NCBI GenBank assembly: GCA_939791845.1
Contig: CALNEX010000001.1
Span: forward strand, 1 to 52,353
Source: an uncultured Mediterranea sp.
Lineage (GTDB): Bacteria > Bacteroidota > Bacteroidia > Bacteroidales > Bacteroidaceae
Direction: 5' to 3'
Length of the DNA stretch: 52,353 nucleotides
Every line of letters starts with the position of its first letter. Positions within the stretch are counted from its first letter, which is position 1. The notes beneath the pieces are model-generated. The model was not told the DNA's origin. It saw nothing but the letters and a program-made list of their open reading frames with translations, and made no database searches. This document shows, piece by piece, positions 10,219 through 19,596 of this stretch. The translations under genes and the position numbers were made by a program.

Positions 10219-10299
10219 ACGACCGTCGTAGATACTCCTCTATGACACCCGTAGATACTCCTCTACGACCATCGTAGATACTCCTCTACGACCGTCGTA
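10219..10299. repeat. 23-bp-period tandem array with TACGACnGTCGTA-type palindromic core (about 3.5 units)
   Basis: GTAGATACTCCTCT at 10228, 10251 and 10274. Confidence 0.9.
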
Positions 10300-10508
10300 T
10301 AAAATAGAACTTACAAATCATAAACCAACATACCTCGCTCTTTGACATCTTGAGACGCACAGGAAACTGTGAGAACCAAGGGAATCCGTACACAATCTTC
10401 TCCCCTCTTCTTTCCTCATCTTCGGATAATTTGCGTATCTTTGTGGCGTGCAAGCACGGACATCATCAATCAAGCCATCAAATTATTAATTAAAGAAAGG
10501 AGAACATC

Positions 10509-10778
10509 ATGGATGACCAATTCAAACCCTGGAAGACGGACGATCCCGTCGAAAAGAAGAAAAGACTCCTCGCCCTTCGGAAAAGAAACCTGCAGGGACA
10601 AGAGGAAATTTACCCCGAACTGAACGTGCTGCTCGACCCCGACATCGACCGGAAGACCTACGACGAACTGATAGAAAAGTTCTGGCGGGAAGGCAAGCTG
10701 AAACTCAGCAAGACCGCCGAGGCGATGATCAAGTACAGAGGCAGCATCATTGTCAATGACCCCGCACTGATGTACTGA
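10509..10778 (+). CDS. Small hypothetical protein (89 aa)
   Basis: ATG ORF with AT-rich leader; upstream TATCTTTG (10436-10443). Confidence 0.6.
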   Translation: MDDQFKPWKTDDPVEKKKRLLALRKRNLQGQEEIYPELNVLLDPDIDRKTYDELIEKFWREGKLKLSKTAEAMIKYRGSIIVNDPALMY

Positions 10779-10841
10779 GCTTCGCCTTCTACCGCGGCCA
10801 GGGCCTGGACCTGGTCTGGAACGAACGCTGATTCCCCCGCT

Positions 10842-10936
10842 GTAGAGACGCGGCACGCCGCGTCTCCTGACACACGACCAACCCCAAAACGGGGAGACGC
10901 GGCACAACGGGGAGACGCGGCACGCCGCGTCTCTAC
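10842..10936. repeat. GTAG-family REP doublet (REPIN/BIME-like) with an internal partial copy
   Basis: GTAGAGACGCGGCACGCCGCGTCTCC ... GGAGACGCGGCACGCCGCGTCTCTAC in inverted arrangement; partial GGAGACGCGGCAC near 10893. Confidence 0.85.
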
Positions 10937-11041
10937 AACGGCGACCATCCCCCCATTGTCCCCCCTTTCCTATGCGTCCCAAGATGCCGGCGGGCACCGA
11001 GACAACAACCATTAACGTAGAACGCATAGAACGGAATGACA

Positions 11042-14000
11042 ATGAAAACATTACGCCACACCCTCACCACCCTCAGCCTCGCGCTGACCACCCTGCTGAC
11101 ACCCGCACTGACGACGGGGTGCCAGGACGACCCGCTGTTCTCCGCACCGGGAATGGACGGAGGAGGGACGGCGACACGGGCGGAAGTGACGAATCCGGGG
11201 GCGCTGCGAAAAGAAGGAAATTACTGGGTGGCAGACCAGCGTGTCCCCTTGGTAGGTGTGGGACGCGTCATTGACGACTTGAATCCAGGACTGGTTAGTG
11301 CCAATGGCGGACAAGGTACTTTCAGCAATGTTACAGACCTTAATTTGGACAATGCCGCCTCCATTGATGGTATCACCGTAGGAGATTTGCTCTACACCCC
11401 CATTTTCTCTGTCAAAGACATGTATCGTACCTATGCCGGCGGACAGACCGTCGGCTTCGTATTAGGCGAAGGCGATGGAGCTTCCCTGCTGGATGCTGAC
11501 GTGTTGGGTATGTTGGCCATCATTACCTATCGCGACAATGAGAATGCCAAAGTATATAAACTCAGTGAACAAGGTGAACTACTGAATCTAGGACTGATAG
11601 GCACTACATCCGGCAATACCAAGCAGACGCTCAGCGTGAAAGTAACAGAACCATTCGACGAGATTATGCTATGCACGACAGGCGTGAATGCTAATATCGG
11701 AAAAGGAGAAAAATTTTACTATGCTTTTGTGGGGGAAACGCCCGAAGTGAAGATTACCAACACAACGGAAGGAACATTTCCCAAAGCATCTTTCTCAAAT
11801 ACAACTCTAATTAATGACCCGGAAGATATTTTGAAACCGGGTCCGGAACCGCAAGGCTATATCGGTGCCGGATTTATCCAAATCCCCATCTTGGGAGCAC
11901 TCGTAGATTATCACAGTACCAAGCTGAACTTAGGGACTACCATAGAACCCTGGACTGAAATAGGCTTCGTCTACCAAACCGGTACCGTAGCCGACGTAGC
12001 CGTTGGCACCAATCTCACCCTTACCCCGTATGATGCCGATGGATACAAAATCGAAGAAGATATTTATGAGCAAACAGGCATCTTGGATGTAAAAGCCTTT
12101 GGCGGAGGCTCAGGCAAATACGCCCTTATATCTGACGAGAAGGTCAGTGCCATTGAGCTTAAAGTGCTTTCCGTCCTGAACGTAGACCTTTCAGGCACAT
12201 CGCTCCTGCGTGCCTATACCCGTGACCCCATCGTGATAGACCCCACCAGCTATTTCACGGTTCCTGAAACGGTGCAGACCACCTCGGCATCTTACCACTT
12301 CATGAAGCCAAGCGATGGAAAGATTGTAAGCATCAACATAGTGGACAATCCTGGCGGGGCAGCCACACCCGTACTGCCCGGTTCTTCCAGCAACTATGGA
12401 TATATCACCAATATGGAGGAAGGCAAAACATATCAAGTGGAAATCCTCTATCAAGGACCTGACGGAAAACAATTTGTCACCACCACGGCCATCACCCATG
12501 TGGCCGGTCCGGAAAAGACCTGCCGCACACACTACATGACAGGGGATGGATTCAGCGTAGCCAACAGCAATGACTTCGCCGGCATCACCATATTGGGCAT
12601 CATGGAGAATACCGACAACATCACAGATAATGACTATACCACGAATTATGCCAGTGTGATGAATGGCGTAACCGTCTTCCAACATGGAAGCTATGCCGTC
12701 GTGGCATCCGATGAAGTGTTACGGCCGGCTGCCGGCGAAACCTGGCGAGTAGGCTTCACCATTCAGGGAGGTCCCGGGCTATTGGGCTTGAATGCCCTCA
12801 AATTCTTTACCATCGCCCTCTATGACGAGCATGGAAATAAGATAGACTCGCAAGTATCGGCCACCAACAATACCATTTCCCTTGGCTTGGTAGACATTGG
12901 CTCGGAGAAAATGAGGGTCAGCATCGAAACCACGCAAGCTTTCAAATATGTATCCTTGGAAACTGCCGGGTTACTGGACGTCGGACTGAATACATTCCGC
13001 ATCTATAACGCTTTCTATGAGGATGCTTCCTGCGAGGAAGAGGACGTGATGGACGAATGCTCGCAATTGATGAGTGCCGCGTTGGACAACCTGAAACTTG
13101 ACATTGACGGTTTCAGCGGCATCAAAGTGTCAAGCATCAGTACTTCGCTTGCCGATGTCGTGGACGAAGACAGTGAAACCTGTGCCACCATGTACACTGT
13201 GGCCAATATCGGCGAGTTCAGCCTTACCTTCACATTCGACGAGAAACCTGCCGGTCAATGGATCGGTCTGTTAATGAGAGAGCCGGAAGGCATCCTAAGT
13301 GCAAACCTGCTGAATAATATAGAAGTAAAGACCATTGGCGAAGATGGACAAGAAGAGATATTTCAAAATCAGTTTGAAGGACTGTTGGGCCTGGACCTCA
13401 TCGGTTTCGGCGAAAAGACCTACATTGAAGCTTATCCTACAAAACCTTATTGCAAACTGGTAGTGACCTTCAGCGGTATAAATGCAGCTGGCACTTGGCA
13501 GTTCTACGGTCTTTACACCACCAAGGACATGAACAACAACGGAAAGCCTGACTGCACGGAACCCGATCCCGAAGTGATACGTTATGTAAACCTCTCTACC
13601 GACACGGAACACCAATGCTTGGATGTGAATGGAAGCGCAGACCTGAGTGTCCGCGTGGAGTATGAAGGCATCAGCACTGAAGAAACCTACTTTTTGGGTT
13701 GCTTCCCTACCGGAGGAGACAAAATTGTCATCCCAGTCAAGTTCAGCGGGAACAGACTAATTGCAGCAAATGCAAACGAACCGCTCCGCTTGAACGAAGC
13801 AGACATCTATACTTTACGTATATATGAGAACGAAGCATGCACCAATGAGTATGAAATAAGCAATGCACCCCTACTACTCTACGTCCACCCCCGCCTCACC
13901 ACTTGGACCGGCAACGCCAACGACCAAAACTGGAACAACTGGAGCAACTGGTCCGAGGGTTCGCCTTGGGGCTGTACCGACGTCATCATCCCCGGCGACC

Positions 14001-15385
14001 TGGGCAGTAATTATCCTTTCCTGACCGAGGACGACTACAACTCCGGAGAGAACAACTGCGCCCACATCTACATCGAGGATGGCGGACAGATAGTCAACAC
14101 CCGCTACCTCAACACCTACGAGGGTGCCTGGATGGACATCCGGCTGAAGGGCGGACGATACTATATGCTCTCCTCCCCGCTGGAAGACATGGTATCCGGC
14201 GACTGGTTTATCTCGCCCGACATGACCTTGGCAACAAGTGACGAGCATACAGAAGATGGATTGTCCTACTTCAGCAACCTCAACGAAGTTAGCTATCCCG
14301 AAGCACGTACGAGCCCCATTGTCTACCAACGCCTGTGGAGCACCAATGCCCCGGTAAAGAACCCCGACGGCTACAACGCCACTGATGAAGTCACGCCCGA
14401 CGAGACGCAATGGACACCGCCCTACAACGCCGTAGGACAGGAATATAGCCTCGGCATGGGCTTCTCACTCATGGCTGGCAAAGACAACAGCGGAGAATAC
14501 CTCTTCCGCTTCCCCAAACTGCACGGGACGTATCATTACTACAACCTGGCAGGCAATGTCACAGGCAGCCCGGAATGCATCGGCCGACAATATAACTACG
14601 GCAAATTCCTGGACGACAACGACCATGCAGACGAAGAGGAATTGGTATTCGAACAGACAAATCAGAAAGCCAACCGATACTTCCTGGTAGGCAATCCGTT
14701 CGTCTCCTGCCTCAACCTGTCCACTTTCATGGCTACCAATGGCATCCGCGAAGTGAAACTGTTCGACGGCACCACCAACACCAATAACCCACTCATCTTG
14801 ATAGACGGCGAACTGGTGTCGAGCAACGGAAGTGCTCCCCGCAACATAGCACCGATGGAAGCCTTCTTCGCCCTGACTCCGGATGGGACCGAAACAACAG
14901 AACTGACCGTCCGCTTCACGCCGGACATGCAGACCAGCGACTACGGCACCCCCGCCTTCACCCGCTCCGCCGCCCCGGCCCTCCCCTCCGCCGCCCTGCG
15001 CCTCACCGCCAGCCGTGACGGACACGAGGCCCACGCCCTGCTGCGCATTGCCGACGACGCATCGGCGGACGTGGTGCCCGGCGAAGACACCCAATTACTG
15101 GTTGAGGGCGAGGCACGTCCCGCCGTGGCCGTCTACACCGTGGCAGGCGGGCGTGCCCTCGACATCCAGCAACGGCCCGGCGGACCCGCCGCCATCCCCC
15201 TGGGCTTCTACCTGCCCGGCGGCAAGGCCGACATCCGCCTCACCCTGGACTTCACCGACCCGCAGTGGACCGACTGGTTCCTCGTGGACCAACGCACCGG
15301 GCAACGGCAACGCATCACGCACACCACACTCACCCTGCACGATGTGGAGAGCGGAAGCGGACAGTATGTTTTAATGAAGAATTGA
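11042..15385 (+). CDS. Large lipoprotein adhesin / putative pilus tip protein (1447 aa)
   Basis: Lipobox LTTGC-QDD; ATRA site; repeated beta-sandwich units (xGFV....LL..xxL..x.I..Y); W..NW..G.PW..TDVIIP region. Confidence 0.75.
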   Translation: MKTLRHTLTTLSLALTTLLTPALTTGCQDDPLFSAPGMDGGGTATRAEVTNPGALRKEGNYWVADQRVPLVGVGRVIDDLNPGLVSANGGQGTFSNVTDLNLDNAASIDGITVGDLLYTPIFSVKDMYRTYAGGQTVGFVLGEGDGASLLDADVLGMLAIITYRDNENAKVYKLSEQGELLNLGLIGTTSGNTKQTLSVKVTEPFDEIMLCTTGVNANIGKGEKFYYAFVGETPEVKITNTTEGTFPKASFSNTTLINDPEDILKPGPEPQGYIGAGFIQIPILGALVDYHSTKLNLGTTIEPWTEIGFVYQTGTVADVAVGTNLTLTPYDADGYKIEEDIYEQTGILDVKAFGGGSGKYALISDEKVSAIELKVLSVLNVDLSGTSLLRAYTRDPIVIDPTSYFTVPETVQTTSASYHFMKPSDGKIVSINIVDNPGGAATPVLPGSSSNYGYITNMEEGKTYQVEILYQGPDGKQFVTTTAITHVAGPEKTCRTHYMTGDGFSVANSNDFAGITILGIMENTDNITDNDYTTNYASVMNGVTVFQHGSYAVVASDEVLRPAAGETWRVGFTIQGGPGLLGLNALKFFTIALYDEHGNKIDSQVSATNNTISLGLVDIGSEKMRVSIETTQAFKYVSLETAGLLDVGLNTFRIYNAFYEDASCEEEDVMDECSQLMSAALDNLKLDIDGFSGIKVSSISTSLADVVDEDSETCATMYTVANIGEFSLTFTFDEKPAGQWIGLLMREPEGILSANLLNNIEVKTIGEDGQEEIFQNQFEGLLGLDLIGFGEKTYIEAYPTKPYCKLVVTFSGINAAGTWQFYGLYTTKDMNNNGKPDCTEPDPEVIRYVNLSTDTEHQCLDVNGSADLSVRVEYEGISTEETYFLGCFPTGGDKIVIPVKFSGNRLIAANANEPLRLNEADIYTLRIYENEACTNEYEISNAPLLLYVHPRLTTWTGNANDQNWNNWSNWSEGSPWGCTDVIIPGDLGSNYPFLTEDDYNSGENNCAHIYIEDGGQIVNTRYLNTYEGAWMDIRLKGGRYYMLSSPLEDMVSGDWFISPDMTLATSDEHTEDGLSYFSNLNEVSYPEARTSPIVYQRLWSTNAPVKNPDGYNATDEVTPDETQWTPPYNAVGQEYSLGMGFSLMAGKDNSGEYLFRFPKLHGTYHYYNLAGNVTGSPECIGRQYNYGKFLDDNDHADEEELVFEQTNQKANRYFLVGNPFVSCLNLSTFMATNGIREVKLFDGTTNTNNPLILIDGELVSSNGSAPRNIAPMEAFFALTPDGTETTELTVRFTPDMQTSDYGTPAFTRSAAPALPSAALRLTASRDGHEAHALLRIADDASADVVPGEDTQLLVEGEARPAVAVYTVAGGRALDIQQRPGGPAAIPLGFYLPGGKADIRLTLDFTDPQWTDWFLVDQRTGQRQRITHTTLTLHDVESGSGQYVLMKN

Positions 15386-15411
15386 ACATTAATAATTGAC
15401 CATTACATAAG

Positions 15412-16770
15412 ATGTTGAACAACAGACTCAGACATGCCACCCTCGCGGCCACCCTGCTGCTCCTCGCCGCCTGCGGACAGGACGAACTGCCCACGACCGA
15501 CGTGCCGCAGCCCGAAAACACCACCGTCACCTTCACCGTGGATGCAGGGGCAGCCGCCACGCGCTCCGTGCCGGAGAACCCGCAGACAGAACAAGGTGCC
15601 GTCCAGCACGTCACCGCCGTGCGCCTCTACGTCTTCCGGCATGGGGGCGATGGAAAGACCTACTTTGCCGGATACGAGGATATTACCAATGACGAATGGG
15701 CAGACCTCCCCGTTTCCGAAGGCAAAGAGGGCGAGACCGTCACCAAGACCTACACCATGACGACCCGGATGCTTTCCTTCACGGAATACACGCTGCTGGG
15801 GGTGGGGTATGAGGCAAGCGACGACAACAATACCGACCAGACCTTGGATGCCTATAAGGAAAAGTATGGCGATGACCTACTGTCCGATTTGGATAAAGAC
15901 CAACTCCCCGACGCCACCACCCAGGCCGATGGTCAGACGGACCTCAAGCCCGGCGCCGAAGTCGACCTCTCCGCCATCGTCACCACCCTGAGGGGCGGCA
16001 AAGACAAGGACCACATCGCCCACAACGAATACTTCACCGGCACCTTCCGCGCCATGACCAACGGCAGCGGCCGCCTGACCGATGCGAAGGTGGAGATGCG
16101 CCGCCGCGTGGCGGGCCTCAGCGCCAGCTTCAAGCTGCAGGACTTCGCCGAAGAGCCCGCGGGCGTCGCCATCATGCTCTACCAAGCGCAGAACAAGTCC
16201 GTCCCCACCCTCCCGAAGAACTGGCAAGCACCCTTCTTCGAGGACTATAAGGACGACCCGCTGACAGGAAATAATACCCAGACAGGTCTGGCCTCCGTCA
16301 AGGACAACCCCCAATGCATTCTCTTCGTACCCACGATATCAACAGATAATAACGGAAACGCCGGAGACGGGACAACCACCGCCGCCGACGGAGAGGGTTC
16401 GACCGCGGGAGGGCAGGGAGAGGTGACGACCGAAGAAGGCGCCGCCTACCTGCTCCCCATTCCCGCCCCGGCCTATGATGCAGAGAAGAACTACACCCTG
16501 GCCGCCGTGGTCTACAACCAGGCAGGACAGGTCATCTGCACCAAGCGCGCCGCCCTCAATGTCAAGGATGGTGACGACATAGGGCACCTCATCTTCGCCA
16601 CGGACCTGGGCACGGGCATCGTGGACGACGAGTCCTACTACCGCTACCCCATCGTGGCCAACCGCTTCTACCGCTTCGACGGCCTGGAGCTGACCTTCGA
16701 CCCCAGCAACCCCTTCGAAATCGAGGTGGAGAAAGGCTGGGAAGGAAACCCGGACCTGGACTTCCAATGA
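15412..16770 (+). CDS. Minor type V pilin lipoprotein
   Basis: LAAC-GQD; ATRS site; VRLYVF; MRRRVAG; PIVANRFY; C-terminal EKGWE. Confidence 0.8.
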   Translation: MLNNRLRHATLAATLLLLAACGQDELPTTDVPQPENTTVTFTVDAGAAATRSVPENPQTEQGAVQHVTAVRLYVFRHGGDGKTYFAGYEDITNDEWADLPVSEGKEGETVTKTYTMTTRMLSFTEYTLLGVGYEASDDNNTDQTLDAYKEKYGDDLLSDLDKDQLPDATTQADGQTDLKPGAEVDLSAIVTTLRGGKDKDHIAHNEYFTGTFRAMTNGSGRLTDAKVEMRRRVAGLSASFKLQDFAEEPAGVAIMLYQAQNKSVPTLPKNWQAPFFEDYKDDPLTGNNTQTGLASVKDNPQCILFVPTISTDNNGNAGDGTTTAADGEGSTAGGQGEVTTEEGAAYLLPIPAPAYDAEKNYTLAAVVYNQAGQVICTKRAALNVKDGDDIGHLIFATDLGTGIVDDESYYRYPIVANRFYRFDGLELTFDPSNPFEIEVEKGWEGNPDLDFQ

Positions 16771-16784
16771 CCGGACTCAAATAT

Positions 16785-16903
16785 AGTTTAGGCACGGATT
16801 ACGCGGATTTCACGGATTTAGTAATTGCATAACCCATGGAATCTGGTGTTTACACCTTAAAGATTATCCGCGTAATCCGCGCCAAAAAACAACCCGATAA
16901 ATT
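16785..16903 (+). repeat. 9-bp-triplet hairpin element copy B (right arm has 2 units)
   Basis: GGCACGGATTACGCGGATTTCACGGAT (16791-16817) / ATCCGCGTAATCCGCGCC (16866-16883). Confidence 0.88.
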
Positions 16904-16931
16904 AGCTGTAAACCCATACAACATACTCAAT

Positions 16932-19427
16932 ATGATGAAGACCCTTATACACACCCTCCTCCCCGCGGCCCTGCTGCTGCTGACGGCCACCGCCTGCGAG
17001 GACACCCTCAACGCCCCCGCCCTGCCCGCCGGCAACGGCGACGGCCCCACCCTGACCCTCGCCCTGGACAACAACGAGGAGAAGGCCGGCACACGCTCCA
17101 CCCTCAACGACGGCGCACCCGTCAACCATGTGGAGACGGTGCGGATACTCGTGTTCAAAGGCACGGGCGACGATGCCACCTATGTGGGCGATGAAGTCTA
17201 TGCCGACAACACCCTGAAAGCCATCAGCTGGCCAAAAGCAGAAGAAGGCCAGGAGAAGCCGGACAAAATCACCTACCGAATGAACTACCCCTTTGTGGAG
17301 GGCGAGACCTATACCCTGCTGGGAGTGGGGATGGATTCGCATACAGATGAGACAATCACCGAACCGGAAGAGTGGAATGATGTCTATGACATTTCATTGA
17401 AAAAGGATGAGACCAAACTTTCCGAAGCCTACGCCACGCTGAAAGCCGATAAGACCAAGGAGCACATCGCCCGCCACGACTTCTACACCGGCACCACCAC
17501 CTTCACCCACGCGGGCAAGAAGACCCACATCGACGACCTGCTGATGAAGCGGCGCGTGGCGGGGGTGATGCTGTATGTCAACGAAATACCGGCCGATTTG
17601 CCTCACAACAATACGAACTACCGTACCACCCGCGTAGACCTCAAACTGGGCCGCACGCAGAAGAAGTCCGTGCAGTTGTATCGCAACTTCCTGGCAGAAA
17701 ACTGGACGGAACCCGAAGGAGATGATTTGACTGATAGCAACGTACTGCTGTCCATCGACCTGAGCGAATTAAACTACGAGGATAAAGACGCACAAGGCTT
17801 CTACACCATTGACAATACGACCAGTGCCAACGGCCTGCAAGACGGCGCACTGAAAGCGGCCTGCTATATGCTGCCGCTGAACGTACCTACGGAAAATGCA
17901 GCCGACTATAAGACTTTCACCGTGGAGATATATGGCGTGGAGAACTCAGATGGACAAGGCAGCATTGCGACTGAAAATGGGGACGGTACCATCACTCCCA
18001 AAACACCCGAACTGCTCAAGTCCTTCACCGTCGAGCAGCGCGATGACGACGGCACATCCGTCACCTCCTTCCCCATCCGCAGCAACTACCTCTACAGCAT
18101 CGGCAAGTATAACCCCGCCGAGGGCGTGGACGAGCCCATCAGCCTCTCCGGCGACCCCATCTACCTGGAGGTCCTGCCGTTCCAAAAGCTGAATGTCAAC
18201 CATGAATTCGGGGAGGCAAGGGTGCAGGCGTTGTTCAATCCGGACTTCAATGAGGAGACGAAGATATTCAACTGCATGAACGGATGGGTAGACATAAAGA
18301 TATTGCCCCCCTTAACGACCATTAGAAAAGATGTTACCAAAGTGACTGCCACAATCATAGAGAATGACCCTATAGAAGGAGATTCAGAAGGTGAAAAGTA
18401 TCTCCGCAGTTGGCTATATATGAGGGAACATACCAATGATAACCCCGAGAATGACACATACACTCAAAACAATCTTGAATTATATTCATCTGAGAAGGAT
18501 CAAAATATGGACTGGAACAACATGTCCATCACTCTCTTCATGGAGGATTATGCCCGCCGCCGTACATGGGGCTGGACCGATAAAGGAGAATGGAGCCCAT
18601 CCAATGATGACATTGAGAATATAAAGAATGATGTACGCAATGCAACGGTTATCCTTACGACCACCATACAACAAGAGGACGGACAAACCATCGAAAGAAC
18701 AGATGTCCTGCAAATCAAACAGTACAACACCATCACCGTCCGCTACCAAGGTCGGGACGAAGTGGATGACGATGACTTAGAAAACGCATTTGCCGACTGT
18801 GGTTTCAGCCGGGAAGATATGGTAGATGAGAATGGGAATCTGTTTTATGATGGATGGGGCTTTTGGAAAACAACTAATATTAGCGTATATTCAGGTGACG
18901 GTGTTGGCAGCCGAGGCAATGGCTCTTGGAATCTCGAAAACATACAAGACAATAGCGGTTGGACAGGCACTGCTGTCATAAGAGCGCAATATACTTTTAA
19001 AGAAATACAGACGGATGAATCGAATGCCGGAAAAATGAGATGCAGTATACGAACAACGGACAAAAACAGCCGGACCAATACTGGCTGGTATTTGCCCGCT
19101 GAATTTGAAATGGAAGGATTCATGGAACTCTCAGCTGATTGCTCTGACAAAGGATATAATACCAATTATCCTAATCTGATGAATACTATTACTAATCTAA
19201 CTTACAATAGAGATTTCTGGACCTCTACAACAGCAGGTACATATAGTGCCTCTGAAACAGACAGAAACAAAAAATCGTATGCTTATAAAATAACGAAGAA
19301 TAACACTGATTATAGCTGGAAACGCAATAAATTTATTCGAGATACGAATAATAGTGACATTCCAATAAATAAATGTTATATCCGCCAAGCGCGAAAGTTC
19401 TCGGATAAATATGACGGCCAATGGTAA
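16932..19427 (+). CDS. Tip pilin: N-terminal pilin domains plus C-terminal DUF1566/CLec-like domain
   Basis: ATAC-ED; GTRS site; MKRRVAG; RSNYLYSIG; C-terminal GWYLPA..E...FWTST...AY...YIRQARKF. Confidence 0.75.
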   Translation: MMKTLIHTLLPAALLLLTATACEDTLNAPALPAGNGDGPTLTLALDNNEEKAGTRSTLNDGAPVNHVETVRILVFKGTGDDATYVGDEVYADNTLKAISWPKAEEGQEKPDKITYRMNYPFVEGETYTLLGVGMDSHTDETITEPEEWNDVYDISLKKDETKLSEAYATLKADKTKEHIARHDFYTGTTTFTHAGKKTHIDDLLMKRRVAGVMLYVNEIPADLPHNNTNYRTTRVDLKLGRTQKKSVQLYRNFLAENWTEPEGDDLTDSNVLLSIDLSELNYEDKDAQGFYTIDNTTSANGLQDGALKAACYMLPLNVPTENAADYKTFTVEIYGVENSDGQGSIATENGDGTITPKTPELLKSFTVEQRDDDGTSVTSFPIRSNYLYSIGKYNPAEGVDEPISLSGDPIYLEVLPFQKLNVNHEFGEARVQALFNPDFNEETKIFNCMNGWVDIKILPPLTTIRKDVTKVTATIIENDPIEGDSEGEKYLRSWLYMREHTNDNPENDTYTQNNLELYSSEKDQNMDWNNMSITLFMEDYARRRTWGWTDKGEWSPSNDDIENIKNDVRNATVILTTTIQQEDGQTIERTDVLQIKQYNTITVRYQGRDEVDDDDLENAFADCGFSREDMVDENGNLFYDGWGFWKTTNISVYSGDGVGSRGNGSWNLENIQDNSGWTGTAVIRAQYTFKEIQTDESNAGKMRCSIRTTDKNSRTNTGWYLPAEFEMEGFMELSADCSDKGYNTNYPNLMNTITNLTYNRDFWTSTTAGTYSASETDRNKKSYAYKITKNNTDYSWKRNKFIRDTNNSDIPINKCYIRQARKFSDKYDGQW

Positions 19428-19448
19428 CATCGTGTAAACCCTTTTTTA

Positions 19449-19556
19449 TACGACACCCGTAGATACTCCTCTACGACCACCGTAAGGGAGCACTTACGAC
19501 CATCGTAAGGGAGTACTTACGACACCCGTAAGGGAACGGTTGCGACACCCGCAACC
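19449..19556. repeat. 23-bp-period tandem array (5 units), related to 10219-10299
   Basis: TACGAC at 19449, 19472, 19495 and 19518; TGCGAC at 19541. First unit shares GACACCCGTAGATACTCCTCTACGACC with the 10.2-kb array. Confidence 0.9.
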
Positions 19557-19596
19557 ACAGAAGAACGAAACAGAAACATATAAACCTATGATAGGA

